NCBI RefSeq assembly: GCF_964355755.1
Contig: NC_092678.1
Location: 21,159,365-21,223,364, forward strand
From: Antedon mediterranea
Taxonomy: Eukaryota > Animalia > Echinodermata
DNA length: 64,000 bases
Direction of reading: 5' to 3'
A program made the translations under genes and the position numbers. A model generated the notes under the pieces. That model saw only the letters and a list, made by a program, of their open reading frames with translations, was not told where the DNA came from and did no database searches. Of the stretch, positions 42,401 to 53,925 are shown one piece after another (position 1 is the first letter of the stretch; each line of letters starts with the position of its first letter).

Positions 42401-45400
42401 GTGCAAATCCAAAAATTCCGATTCCACGGAGTAGTGATCGCCCGTTTCCTTCGGTACAACAACAGCCACATGTGTCCAGCTTGCGACCTCCCATTGCACA
42501 GCCGGCAAGCTCGTCTACTGCTAGGGTCAACAACATGCTTCCGCATCACCACATAAATATGGGTGGTCCTCCTCCTTTACGTTTACCCCATGTCAACAGT
42601 CCTCCGAGTTCGGTTTTACAACGTTCCCCGACAAGCAGCCAAGTGCGTCTGATGATACCGCCGAATGTAAACACAATCAATCAGCCACATCCAATTGCAT
42701 CTTCCAACGTCACACAACACAGAAGGCTACAACCTTCAGTTGCACATTCGCAACCAAGTTTGCAGCGACCATCACCGAGTCATACCATAGTACATGCTGT
42801 ACAGAGATCGAATGAACAACCAGTGATCAAATCAGTAGCTTCCACTGCCATTCAGACAGAGCTGCCGCCCAAGAGTGAGGTTCAACCAGTACCCAGAAGA
42901 CCCTCCAGACGGATTGTCAGTGAGACAACCACGACAGAGTTACTTGATGAGGGAGTGGTTGTTGCTCGAGTAACAAAAACAAGAAATTATGAAGTGTCAT
43001 AATTAAAGACTTATTCTTCCTTACATAGATGGTGATCGATCCCCTTTCATTGTCTAGTAACATTCTTACTTCTTGGGTATCTCATCTTCCTCTTTTACAC
43101 CATTTTTCATACCTTCCCTGTAAAGATATGTAGTACTAGTAGTTTAGTAACAGGATATCAACTCTAAATACTCGCAAACACTCAATCTTTAGCCCTGTTC
43201 AGACTTAATTATATACCTAGGGTAAGTCTGTTTCGTTGGCAAAGTCTGCTAACTTTGGTAGGTATGAACCAACGTACCCGGGTAACTAACAATAGACATG
43301 TTTCTCGCTCGTGACCAATCAGAAATAGTAGGTATAGATTTGTAAACAAACCGAACACCTCTCGCCTAGTGCGTGTTGAAGCATAGCGAAATGGCGACTG
43401 CCGAGTGCTTTTGTTGCAAGGTGCATCATAAATGTTGTATATGTTGGATAAATCATGAATTTAACTACACAAAATCACTGAATAATATTCCTGTTTTTAA
43501 TTTTCAAACACTTGCTGAGTGGTTTGCGTCGGCTCCGAAGGATAGTGGCGCAAAATCTTGGAAATTTTTCAAGGAAATGACGATGTGCTCGTGTCTCTCC
43601 GCCCGCCCGGTGGCGTTGCCTGATGCGGTATTTCGTCTACTAGGCCTAGGAGGCTTGGGTGTCCGTTTAAGCGCCGAAGAACATCACATAATACATGGAA
43701 GATGCAATAGGAGCATGAAGAAGAATGAAAGATAATAATTAATATATTTACGCAACATTTGTAAATAAAATCAACAGTTAACATGTAGTAAATGCACCGT
43801 AATATATATGTCAAACCAAAAATGACAATACATAAATAAAGTCGATGATTCCGAACCAAATGCCCAAATAATTCTACAGTGAATATAAAACATAAGTTTA
43901 GAAAATAAATAACATCCTTACCATGCCATTCCATCAAAAGGCTAGTTTTGACGATTGCTTTTTAAGATGATCATCTCTCAGTTCTCCCATGCTTTAACAT
44001 ACCTCTCGCTGTGTTTGTTTACCATTGTATACCCACTAAAAGGTCAAACTGACGGTGACCTCGCGAGCGCGAAACGTGTCTATTGTAAACCTGAACAAAC
44101 CCATAGTTTTCTGTTGCTGATGTCTTTACGGACCCTTGAAATTGTTCCTAGATCCTAGGCCTCCTACGCTTTGAAGACAGGCATAGTATCAAGGCTGTAT
44201 AAGGCCTGTAGAATGACCTTCTACCTTGCTTTTGCTTAAATGCATCTCTATAGATATGTGTCACTTCAAAAGTTCCTAACTGTTTCAAACTAAGCTAACC
44301 CTAATTGTCTATGAATAGTAACTTCTAGTAAATATACAAATATAAGTGTTTTCCTTATACATCATTTAATTTATTCATAATTAAACTACTTAAAATATCT
44401 GCCATATTCTTGCTGTAGATACAATACGCAATATAAGGTCTTACTTTTAAATTATATTTATTATATATTTTGTGTGCATGTGTAAAAAATGTGATAAACT
44501 GAATTATTTAATGTTATGGAGATAATGATCTCTGTAAAACAATATAAATATGGACTACAGTGTAACTTTTTATATTGCTTCGTAAATTTCTTTCGTCCGT
44601 AAGGAAAACACAAACTGGAAAAGAATTGTTTTTAAACGCCATAGTCTTAAGTATATTTATTTTAAATCAAATGTAATTTTAATGAATTTCTCGCACCTAA
44701 AGTATTTAATTTAATGTATTTATTGACAAAAATTGTGTTTGTGTAAATTGGCTATTTCCATAGGTGTATATTATAAGTACAGTAAAAAATTATGTGATTA
44801 CTGTAAAACTACTGATCTTTGTAATAAGCCGAACCCAGCACCTGGTAATTGGAAGCAAGCATGTTAACCACCATGCTACAGTGCCATTCTGTATGCTAAA
44901 ATCTTTATATTTTAAAAGTGTACCAGATGTGCGTCACAAAAACTGACGTAATTTCTCCTGATTCGAGAATACTGGTGCAAAAAATCAAAATTGTGCAAAA
45001 TGTCTTGCTACTTAAATTCTTGACACCAAATACCAGTAAAAATTATTATAAGGAAAAGTTATATAATTATGTTGGTGTATGTTATTAAAAGTATACAGTA
45101 TTCAGGAATATTCATAGTAAAATTAAATGCAATGTGGAATTTTTTGTTTTTTGATGTATATAAATAAATGTGTTTAATGTACTGTAGTAGCTATTCCTTG
45201 GGAAATAAAACATTTAATGTCATTAATGTCCACATTTTCATAATTTGTTTGTAAACCAAAATCTCTAGAATTAAGTTGATATCTCCAGGCAGGTCATACT
45301 GTACTACCATTGATAACAAATCTGTTTAAGATTCGTGGTTATCTTATCGTCTCCAGAAGGTTTTTGCATTGTGTAAAAAACCTCTTTAAGTATCCATCGT

Positions 45401-48216
45401 TGTCTTGTCTCAAGGTCTTTTCTTTGTGTTATCGATAAGAGACCTCTTTAAAGCATCCATGACTGTCATTTTGTCTTCATAAGGTCTTTGATTTGTGTTA
45501 TCGATAGAAACCTCTTTAAAGCCTCCACGATTGTCTTGTCTCCAAAAGGTCTTTGCTTTGTGTGGTATCAATAAGAGACCTCTTTAAAGCCTCCATGATT
45601 GTCTTGTCTCCAGAAGGTCTTTGCTTTGTGTGTTATCGATAATAGACCCCTTTAAAGCCTCCATGATTGTCTTGTCTCCAAACAGTCCTTGCTTTGTGTG
45701 GTATCGATATGAGACCTCTTTAAAGCCTCCATGATTGTCTTGTCTCCAGATGGTCCTTGCTTTGTGTGGTATCGATATGAGACCTCTTTAAAGCATCCAT
45801 GATTGTCTTGTCTCCAGATGGTCCTTGCTTTGTGTGGTATCGATAATAGACCCCTTTAAAGCCTCCATGATTGTCTTGTCTCCAGATGGTCCTTGCTTTG
45901 TGTGGTATCAATAAGATACCTCTTTAAAGCCTCCATGATTGTCTTGTCTCCAGATGGTCCTTGCTTTGTGTGGTATCAATAAGAGACCTCTTTAAAGCAT
46001 CCATGATTGTCTTGTCTCCAGATGGTCTTTGTTTTGTGTTATCGATAAAGCGACATCACTTCTCCAGGATTGTCCTCCAGTCGTTGGAGGTTCCTGGAAT
46101 GATATTCTGTTTCATCTTATCATTTTCTCGCAGAACATTGTGGTTTCTACAGTCTTGTGAAGGTTCCTGGAAAATGATCTCATCGTTTGAACAAATATAT
46201 TGTACCATAATATCTTTTTCTGGCAATACACAGTAGTTTCTTAAAAATATGTGCACACTCTTTCATCATTGCTTACTAGGTCCTAAAAGACGATAAGGAG
46301 ACTCGAACCAAAATGCACGAGGCTGTGAGGGCGTTCTCATCCAAACTTGAGAGCAGTACAATCGAGATCGACGGCCAGAAGATGATCCAAGTTTCTTTTG
46401 CGACCCAGGAAGGTATGTTTAGTAGTGCACTCATTTACAAGCCCACCCTGGGTTTATTCCGAAATTTAAAGTTCTCTTCTAGCAAACATTGTTGATATGT
46501 GTAGCAGAAATTCTAAAGTATTTTCACACCTCTTATCATAACTTCAAAACATTTGTTTTCAAGGGAGATATTTGTGTACTAGTTCACACACAGCCACTGT
46601 CACAAACTCATCATATATACTGTACACTGGGCCCTCTGGGAGAACAGTCTTAGACTGAAGAAGCTACCCAGTATAAAGAATAAATAAAATATATGCAACT
46701 TAAAAACAACATAGTCTTATTTTTGTTTTCAGGTAGAAAAAGAAAAAATGCAGGATGGCCAAAGAAAAGACCCGAATACTGCAAGTTTGCGCTGTACAAA
46801 GAAAACAAAGACATCAATGATGTTATAAATATCATATGCAAATACTTAAAGTAAGTGAATAACTAAATATTATATCTGTCCCAGCCATTTGATTGGTTAA
46901 TTATGTATCATGTGCAGTTCAGTATTACTTTTAATGAACGGTAAATGTTGAAATGTACTATTCATCAATGAATGTTTTGTATTTGTTGTGGAGGAATATT
47001 TCATTTGAGATATCCAGAGATGTCATCTGGGTGCTCCAGTTTATCTTCTACAGTTTTGATCTGTCTAGGGCAAAGGTCATTTTAAAAATGTGTATATGTA
47101 CAAATACTTGGTGTTAGTCTGGGCTCCAGACGGAGTTTTGTAAAAATATAAATATTTTTGCACATATGGCGTTTCATACGTGTATTACTTGAGTTTGGAT
47201 ACTCCGTCTGGGGAAACACGCATAAGTCACGTGGTTTGACACCAAGAATTCTTGGTGCATAAATTATCCAGTTGACTAGTTTCAGCCGCATGCCATTGGC
47301 TACTCACTCGTACGTCGTTTTAATATTCATATTTCAGAATTTCAAAGACTCAACGTCTAAGACGATGCGCATGCGCTATGTTACGTTTAGACAATGTGTA
47401 CTTGGGTACATTGATGAAAGTTTCTGAAGGCTAAAAATGATTTTATATGCCTAGTAGTAGTCTGGTAAACATTTGATGAGATTTTTCCCAACAAGAACAT
47501 GAAAACTCGTCGTGATATGATAGGCTATAAGCTTCTCCGCCAAATCAAACATTGAATGGATCATTTATTATGCGGAGAAAATTTGATTTAATTCCCACCC
47601 AGACCATGTCCTGTTCTGTGTGGATGGTGGTGTAGCCCTGTTATGTGCCGGTCGGTAGATGTACCTTATTGGCGTTTTATTTGGAAGGTCATACGTACGA
47701 GTTGAGTAGCCCTACGAACCCGCCTACGAAGGAGGCCTAGGCCAGAACAATTAATAAACAAAACAACTTGGCAACACGATTTTATATTTCAACAGTTGTT
47801 CAGTCTCGATCATACATTCAGCACACTGTGCGTACGTACTTGATCTTTTTCATTTTGAAACAAAATGATCATTGGTTGATTCGAAATCCATATTTACATA
47901 CCGCCCGCCCCATATAGCCAAATACGGTATGATAAACTACGTCATTCTTATCGGATGTTTGCGGTTTTCAAATCGATTTCTATACGTGTTTCACAAGTCT
48001 GTATTTTCAGACAAAAATCGCGGTCGAAATAAAAACAAATAAATAAAAAAAAGACAATAAATACAGACTTGGGGCAAGTCTAACTTGGTGTTTGCATCAT
48101 TATGATAATGCTATTCTACATTAATATTTTAAATTCAGGATGAGCACACACTTATTTTCCTTTGCTGGCAGTAAAGACAAGAGGGCCATCACAGTTCAAG
48201 AAGTTACTGTAAAAAA
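39286..48216 (+). CDS. PUS7: Pseudouridylate synthase 7 (TruD family), 5' part; gene presumably continues beyond the window
   Basis: Exons 39286-39439, 39750-39873, 40233-40320, 40840-40941, 46280-46412, 46733-46850, 48139-48216, all phase-consistent. Motifs [47 protein letters not shown] and catalytic [12 protein letters not shown]. Confidence 0.93.
39547..39719. mobile_element. hAT-like MITE remnant (cagtggcggatc...aatccgcccctg) with poly-G run
   Basis: Short TIRs; TSD not clear. Confidence 0.5.
39750..39873 (+). CDS. PUS7: PUS7 exon
   Basis: [25 protein letters not shown]. Confidence 0.92.
40034..40195. mobile_element. MITE family A copy (both TIRs)
   Basis: gtctacactatcaaact ... agtttgatagtgtatac. 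Confidence 0.7.
40233..40320 (+). CDS. PUS7: PUS7 exon
   Basis: [20 protein letters not shown]; AG/GT bounded. Confidence 0.92.
40840..40941 (+). CDS. PUS7: PUS7 exon
   Basis: AG/GTgagt bounded, 102 nt, phase 0/0. Confidence 0.8.
41186..41297. mobile_element. MITE family A copy
   Basis: agctctgtctacactatcaa and family core. Confidence 0.65.
42118..43002 (+). CDS. C2H2 zinc-finger protein (2 fingers + Pro/Ser/Gln-rich tail), nested in a PUS7 intron
   Basis: Intact ORF; [22 protein letters not shown] and [22 protein letters not shown]; GC-richer than flanks; acceptor ttttttcAG ends 42102; ATG at 42118. Confidence 0.75.
   Translation: MVRNIRRRVCARCQARFTSKSALRRHMAEQHEGRVRLVCLFCDRAFSRKYDLKRHLQDKHTATEQITELSTSISSTSTSPAKNNPPPLPNPRLVGANPKIPIPRSSDRPFPSVQQQPHVSSLRPPIAQPASSSTARVNNMLPHHHINMGGPPPLRLPHVNSPPSSVLQRSPTSSQVRLMIPPNVNTINQPHPIASSNVTQHRRLQPSVAHSQPSLQRPSPSHTIVHAVQRSNEQPVIKSVASTAIQTELPPKSEVQPVPRRPSRRIVSETTTTELLDEGVVVARVTKTRNYEVS
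43294..44081 (+). mobile_element. Non-autonomous ISL2EU-like DNA transposon carrying a truncated ORF (43391-43735) resembling the N-terminus of SWIM/YqaJ proteins
   Basis: TIRs agacatgtttctcgctcgtga / tcgcgagcgcgaaacgtgtct, each flanked by AT. ORF motifs [18 protein letters not shown] and [11 protein letters not shown] resemble, from recall, ISL2EU accessory proteins. Confidence 0.6.
45345..46050. repeat. 68-bp minisatellite x~10
   Basis: ccatgattgtcttgtctcc at 45593, 45661, 45729, 45797, 45865. Confidence 0.9.
46280..46412 (+). CDS. PUS7: PUS7 exon
   Basis: [33 protein letters not shown], resembling the PUS7 insertion region. Confidence 0.88.
46576..46690 (+). mobile_element. 5'-truncated copy of the SINE 3' end
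   Basis: acagccactg...actgggccctctgggagaacagtcttagactgaagaagctacccagtataaa. Confidence 0.65.
46733..46850 (+). CDS. PUS7: PUS7 exon
   Basis: [31 protein letters not shown]. Confidence 0.93.
47115..48082. mobile_element. Non-autonomous DNA transposon with TAG...CTA termini and 9-bp TSD (AcademH-like)
   Basis: Perfect direct repeat ACTTGGTGT at 47106-47114 and 48083-48091; imperfect TIRs tagtctgggctccagac / (rc) tagacttgccccaagtc. Confidence 0.7.
48139..48216 (+). CDS. PUS7: PUS7 exon with catalytic Asp motif
   Basis: [19 protein letters not shown]; GTaagt donor. Confidence 0.93.
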
Positions 48217-48817
48217 GTAAGTAGTCTTTGATATCCAGACAGCAGGTTTGTATCAGAGATGAGTGTGCTGTTTTATCTGTGAATTTACTGTAATTATTTA
48301 TTGGACATCTGATAATTGGTATTTCCTACTAAAGATGTATCATATTGGTATTTATTTTTGGCATTTAATATTTGCATTCATTTTTCCATTTTCAGCCTTT
48401 CCCTCCCAATTATATTTGATTTAAAAGAAATCTTTAAACAAAATTGATTCCATTCAAAATGTCGTGTTACAATAGTATTCTGTATATTTTTGTTACAACA
48501 TATTTTACCACACATCCCATATATAACATTTCCGATTTTCTGAATATGAATTGTTTAAACTTTAACCTTATTATATTCAATTTCTCATGGAACAATTAGG
48601 TTTCAGGAAATTCTATTGTAGGTTAAGATCAAGGTAATACAAAGGACATTTAATAGGTCAATAGGTCATTGCCCGTTTTTGTCACCTTAAAACATATTGT
48701 CTGATGATGTATGAAAAGATGGTTTATTATAGTAATTATGCAAAGCATATGTTTGACCTACAATTGATTAATTTTTAGCAATCAAAGGCAGCTGAGAGGC
48801 TACTTAGTCACGTTTAA

Positions 48818-48925
48818 AGCTCTGTGTGCACTATCAAACTTTAGGTGACAAAAAATGTGATGTGCCCATATATGGACATGATAACTGCCATATTTGGGCA
48901 CATCACACTTTTTTGTCAAACTAGT
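48818..48925. mobile_element. MITE family A copy
   Basis: agctctgtgtgcactatcaaact and family core. Confidence 0.65.
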
Positions 48926-49269
48926 TCTACAATTTGATAAAAGCTTTTCATGTAGTTATGTAGTTCTTTCATGTTATCAAGTGTTTGTGTAATTGCTCAA
49001 TCATAGTAAATAAATAGCTCCCAACTACGGTATACTTCTCCAAGATTTCTCACGGCAGGCATATGCCTGTAAGAAATATATAATAAATCCAGAGAACTAT
49101 TACAAATTGTTACAAGTTGTAACAATTTATGCAGATGTGAAAAGGATATTAGAATATGAAAAGGGCAATATATATTATTTGCTTTTTCTTTTTATTTTAA
49201 AACTATAGCGAACGGCAAAACAAAATAATGTTACTATAGTAGAACCCCTCTTTTGAGATCACTATTCCT

Positions 49270-50800
49270 AGAACACGCCTATTAAGGGGACACGCCTATT
49301 AAGGGGACATGCCTATTAAGGGGAAACGCCTATTAAGGGAACACGCCTATTAAGGGAACACGCCTATTAAGGGGACATGCCTATTAAGGGGAACACGCCT
49401 ACAGTATTAAGGGAACACGCCTATTAAGGGGAACACGCCTATTAAGGGGAACACGCCTATTAAGGGGAACACGCCTATTAAGGGGACATGCCTATTAAGG
49501 GGACATGCCTATTAAGGGGAACACGCCTATTAAGGGGACATGCCTATTAAGGGGAACACGCCTATTAAGGGGAACACGCCTATTAAGGGGACATGCCTAT
49601 TAAGGGGAACACGCCTATTAAGGGGAACACGCCTATTAAGGGGACATGCCTATTAAGGGGAACACGCCTACAGTATTAAGGGAACACGCCTATTAAGGGG
49701 AACACGCCTATTAAGGGGAACACGCCTATTAAGGGGAACACGCCTATTAAGGGGAACACGCCTATTAAGGGGACATGCCTATTAAGGGGACATGCCTATT
49801 AAGGGGAACACGCCTATTAAGGGGAACACGCCTATTAAGGGGAACACGCCTATTAAGGGGAACACGCCTATTAAGGGGAACACGCCTATTAAGGGGAACA
49901 CGCCTACAGTATTAAGGGAACACGCCTATTAAGGGGAACACGCCTATTAAGGGGAACACGCCTATTAAGGGGAACACGCCTATTAAGGGGAACACGCCTA
50001 TTAAGGGGACATGCCTATTAAGGGGACATGCCTATTAAGGGGAACACGTCTATTAAGGGGACATGCCTATTAAGGGGAACACGCCTATTAAGGGGAACAC
50101 GCCTATTAAGGGGAACACGCCTACAGTATTAAGGGAACACGCCTATTAAGGGGAACACGCCTATTAAGGGGAACACGCCTATTAAGGGGAACACGCCTAT
50201 TAAGGGGACATGCCTATTAAGGGGACATGCCTATTAAGGGGAACACGCCTATTAAGGGGACATGCCTATTAAGGGGAACACGCCTATTAAGGGGAACACG
50301 CCTATTAAGGGGAACACGCCTATTAAGGGGAACACGCCTACAGTATTAAGGGAACACGCCTATTAAGGGGAACACGCCTATTAAGGGGACATGCCTATTA
50401 AGGGGAACACGCCTATTAAGGGGAACACGCCTATTAAGGGGAACACGCCTATTAAGGGGACACGCCTATTAAGGGGACACGCCTATTAAGGGGAACACGC
50501 CTATTAAGGGGAACACGCCTATTAAGGGGAACACGCCTATTAAGGGGACACGCCTATTAAGGGGACACGCCTATTAAGGGGACATGCCTATTAAGGGGAA
50601 CACGCCTATTAAGGGGAACACGCCTATTAAGGGGAACATGCCTATTAAGGGGAACATGCCTATTAAGGGGAACATGTCTATTAAGGGGAACACGCCTATT
50701 AAGGGGAACACGCCTATTAAGGAGACACGCCTATTAAGGGGACACGCCTATTAAGGGGACCACGCCTATTAAGGGGACCACGCCTATTAAGGGGACACTT
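49270..50800. repeat. 17-18-bp satellite (gcctattaaggggaacac), ~1.5 kb
   Basis: Continuous tandem array with occasional acagt-insertion variants. Confidence 0.95.
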
Positions 50801-53769
50801 TCTGCATGGTGGTTTGGGTATCTTTCCTAGTATTCTATATTAATATAGAAATTTAAAATTTTCTTTCATTATATTTATTTAATTGATTGCAATTAATATA
50901 TGCAATTAAATTGTAAATCATTTATGTATTTTTTTGTTAATGAAGGACAAGTCATGATAGATATAGTAGCTTATTAATTTGATTATAACTATTATTTCAA
51001 CATAATTGTCAATAGGCAGGAAATAAGCATGTAGATAAAATAGAAAGTTGCCCCAGACGTGACGTGGATTATCATACGACCAGGTCTACGTGTGAAACGG
51101 TGTAGCACACATGGCGGGGAGATGACTCTCATAATTCTTATAGCAAGTATTTTAATCGTGAAACAATTTTTGGATCTCTGTCAGACTTCTTGTCTTATAT
51201 TAGGCAAAAAAGTGCTTTATAATTCATCGGGGAGCTTTTCCCACGGTTTCTTAAATCTCATTTGTGTGTACTGTATCTTTAAGGATTTGTACTGTATGGT
51301 CTACGTGAGAGACCATGGTAGTTTTCTATCTGTTGTGTCTTTTTGTCTGTATGCTCAAATTTTGTTGAATGGTGTGTGTTATTCTTTTCAAGTTTTGTTT
51401 AGAGGCAATAGAAAAAAACTGCTTTAATAATTTTCTTGAATCTCATTTTTTGTTTGTCTACTGTATCTTTAAGGACTCGCATGGTCTATGTGAGAGACCC
51501 TGGTAGTTTTCTATCTGTCTATCTATTTTGTCTGTATGCTCACATTTTATGGAACAATCTGCATCATTCAAGTACAAAATACATAAAGCTATGTTCAGAA
51601 GCAATACAAAAAAAATGCTTTATAATTTACCAAGGAGCTATTTTCAATATGGTTTCTTGAAACTCGTTTTTTTGTCTACTGTATCTTTAAGTCAAGTCAA
51701 GTCAAGTATCATTTATAGTCATTTGTTTTAAGAAAAAAACATAGAAATTCATATGTCTGGTTTTGTGTCTTTTTTGTCTGTATGTTCACATTTTGTTGAG
51801 TGGTCCGCGCCATTCAGTATACAAGATATGGGAACTACATATAGTTTTGTTTTTAGCCTTTTAGACTTGTCATTTTATTTTTGTATTTTGAATCAAATTG
51901 CCTACCGTTATGGGCCTCATGATAGACTATTGTCTGAGAACAACATAGTTTTGGTTTAGGCTTTTCAGTAAATTTTCTTTTATAATTGCTTTTTTATTAA
52001 AAGTCCAACTACACTACTCCTATTGCACAGCACTATATGGACTATATGATAGACAAAGGAACAACATATACTGAACAGTAGGTACATTTTTTGAAGCTGT
52101 TATTTTATTTATAATATAGAGCTAAAAATAAACTATCAAAAACAATGATATTTCTGTTGTAAATCTATTTACAATTACCAGAAATTAATAAATGGGATTC
52201 CTAAAGGTCACTCCTACTCGAGGATTTTAAACGACAAGTTTGCTGCTCAAAACGCGGTTGAGTCACGCAGGATACACAACTCTGACATAGGAAGCGTCAG
52301 CCAATCTGCCATCCTAAATATTTCGCTGAAAGACTTCGTTCAAAATGATAGGTTGAAAAGTTACCTGTGAAAAATGTTCTTTTAATTTGCAAATATTTTG
52401 TGTGTCGGAAAAATTATACGTTTTGGAGAATATATAATGAGAAATGAAATTTTTATAAAGGAATAAGAGTGAGTCATTATCATGAAGTTTGTAAAACAGA
52501 ATAAATTATACAGTATATTGCATACTGTAGTAATATATGAGTACCTGAAATATGTCTATATTATTGGTGCTTTTTTTTCTGTGGACATAATTAGAGTCCT
52601 GCTTTGGGACCCCTATTTAGAAGAACTCTTATTTAAGGACTCTTTATAATGTAATGATGGACAATATATGTTTGCGACCAACCTCTATTCAGAGGACGCC
52701 CCTAGTAATGGTTTGATCCTAAATAATAGAATTTCTACTTTGCAGTTTGTTGAGAAAAATACTGTTTTAGAAAGAAACACATGGTGAGTCATTATCATGC
52801 GTTTTATGATATAAAAAAATGTAAAAGTAAGTCAATATAAGTTTCATGAAATAATTTGAGCTGCCATTGTTGGCTGTTAAAATATGATTCATAGGGGGTT
52901 TACTGGGCCAAGTGAGGTTCTTTAAGAATGGAGGTTTTTCAAAACCATAAATCATTCTTTTCATAGTAAACATAGTATTTTTTTAACAGATTTTTAAAAA
53001 AAATATCTGTAAATTCAATTAATTGATTTATAATTGCTTTAATTAAAAAGAATACCAGTCCAAATTAGAGATTCTCTTGTTAAAATAAATTTATGTTTTT
53101 CTATTTAAATTCAAAATATTAAATTTAACATGATCCTAATATGATTAATTTTGACTTTATTTATTTTAATACATCAGGGACAGCATATCCGTACCAGTTG
53201 TTTAATAATTTACTATTTTTGTCGGACAACTGAATTATATTAACAGTTAATAATTATTAAACGGAAAGAACAGAGGACATTGGGTAAATACAAAGCAATG
53301 AAATATTACCAACCTTTTATTTTCATGACACGGCACTACAGAGCTGTCAAGACGAAAAGTCATTCTGTGTACTAGAAGCAATATGAACATACACCGAATG
53401 ACTTTTAGACTCAATAGCTGAATATTCGCATTAACATGACTACTGTACACACAGCTACACAGCTTTTGGTTTCACAAAAATTCATTCTGTGTACCAGAAA
53501 CAATATAAACATGTATAGAATGACTTTTAGACTCACTAGCTGCATAGTCGATATGCTATCGGGAGATTTTAAATACATGCAATTTGCGGTGAACTACGAA
53601 CTAGTTACATTAACTGATTGTGTGCAGGCAGAGACTTAAGAGATGTTCCCATGATTGATTACTCAATTAGTCATTAAGTCCAGTCAGTGAGTAGGTCAAT
53701 TCTCCTGAAACAGGAAATTAAGAAAAATGACTTTCCCAAGTCCCAAATCCTTGCCTTCTGCGGCTGTAA

Positions 53770-53925
53770 AGCTCTGTCTACACTATCAAACTAGTTTGAC
53801 AACAAAAGTGTGATGTGCCTAAATATGGTAGTGATATGCCAAAATATGGTAGTGATATGCCCAAATATGGTAGTGATATGACATCATCATGTCCATATAT
53901 GGGCACATCACATAAATTTTGATGT
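53770..53925. mobile_element. MITE family A copy
   Basis: agctctgtctacactatcaaactag with three internal aaatatggtagtgatatg repeats. Confidence 0.7.

Noticed and set aside
48779-48815. KAAERLLSHV resembling the next PUS7 exon
   Set aside because: No acceptor in the required phase, stop codon follows at once, and a MITE is adjacent.
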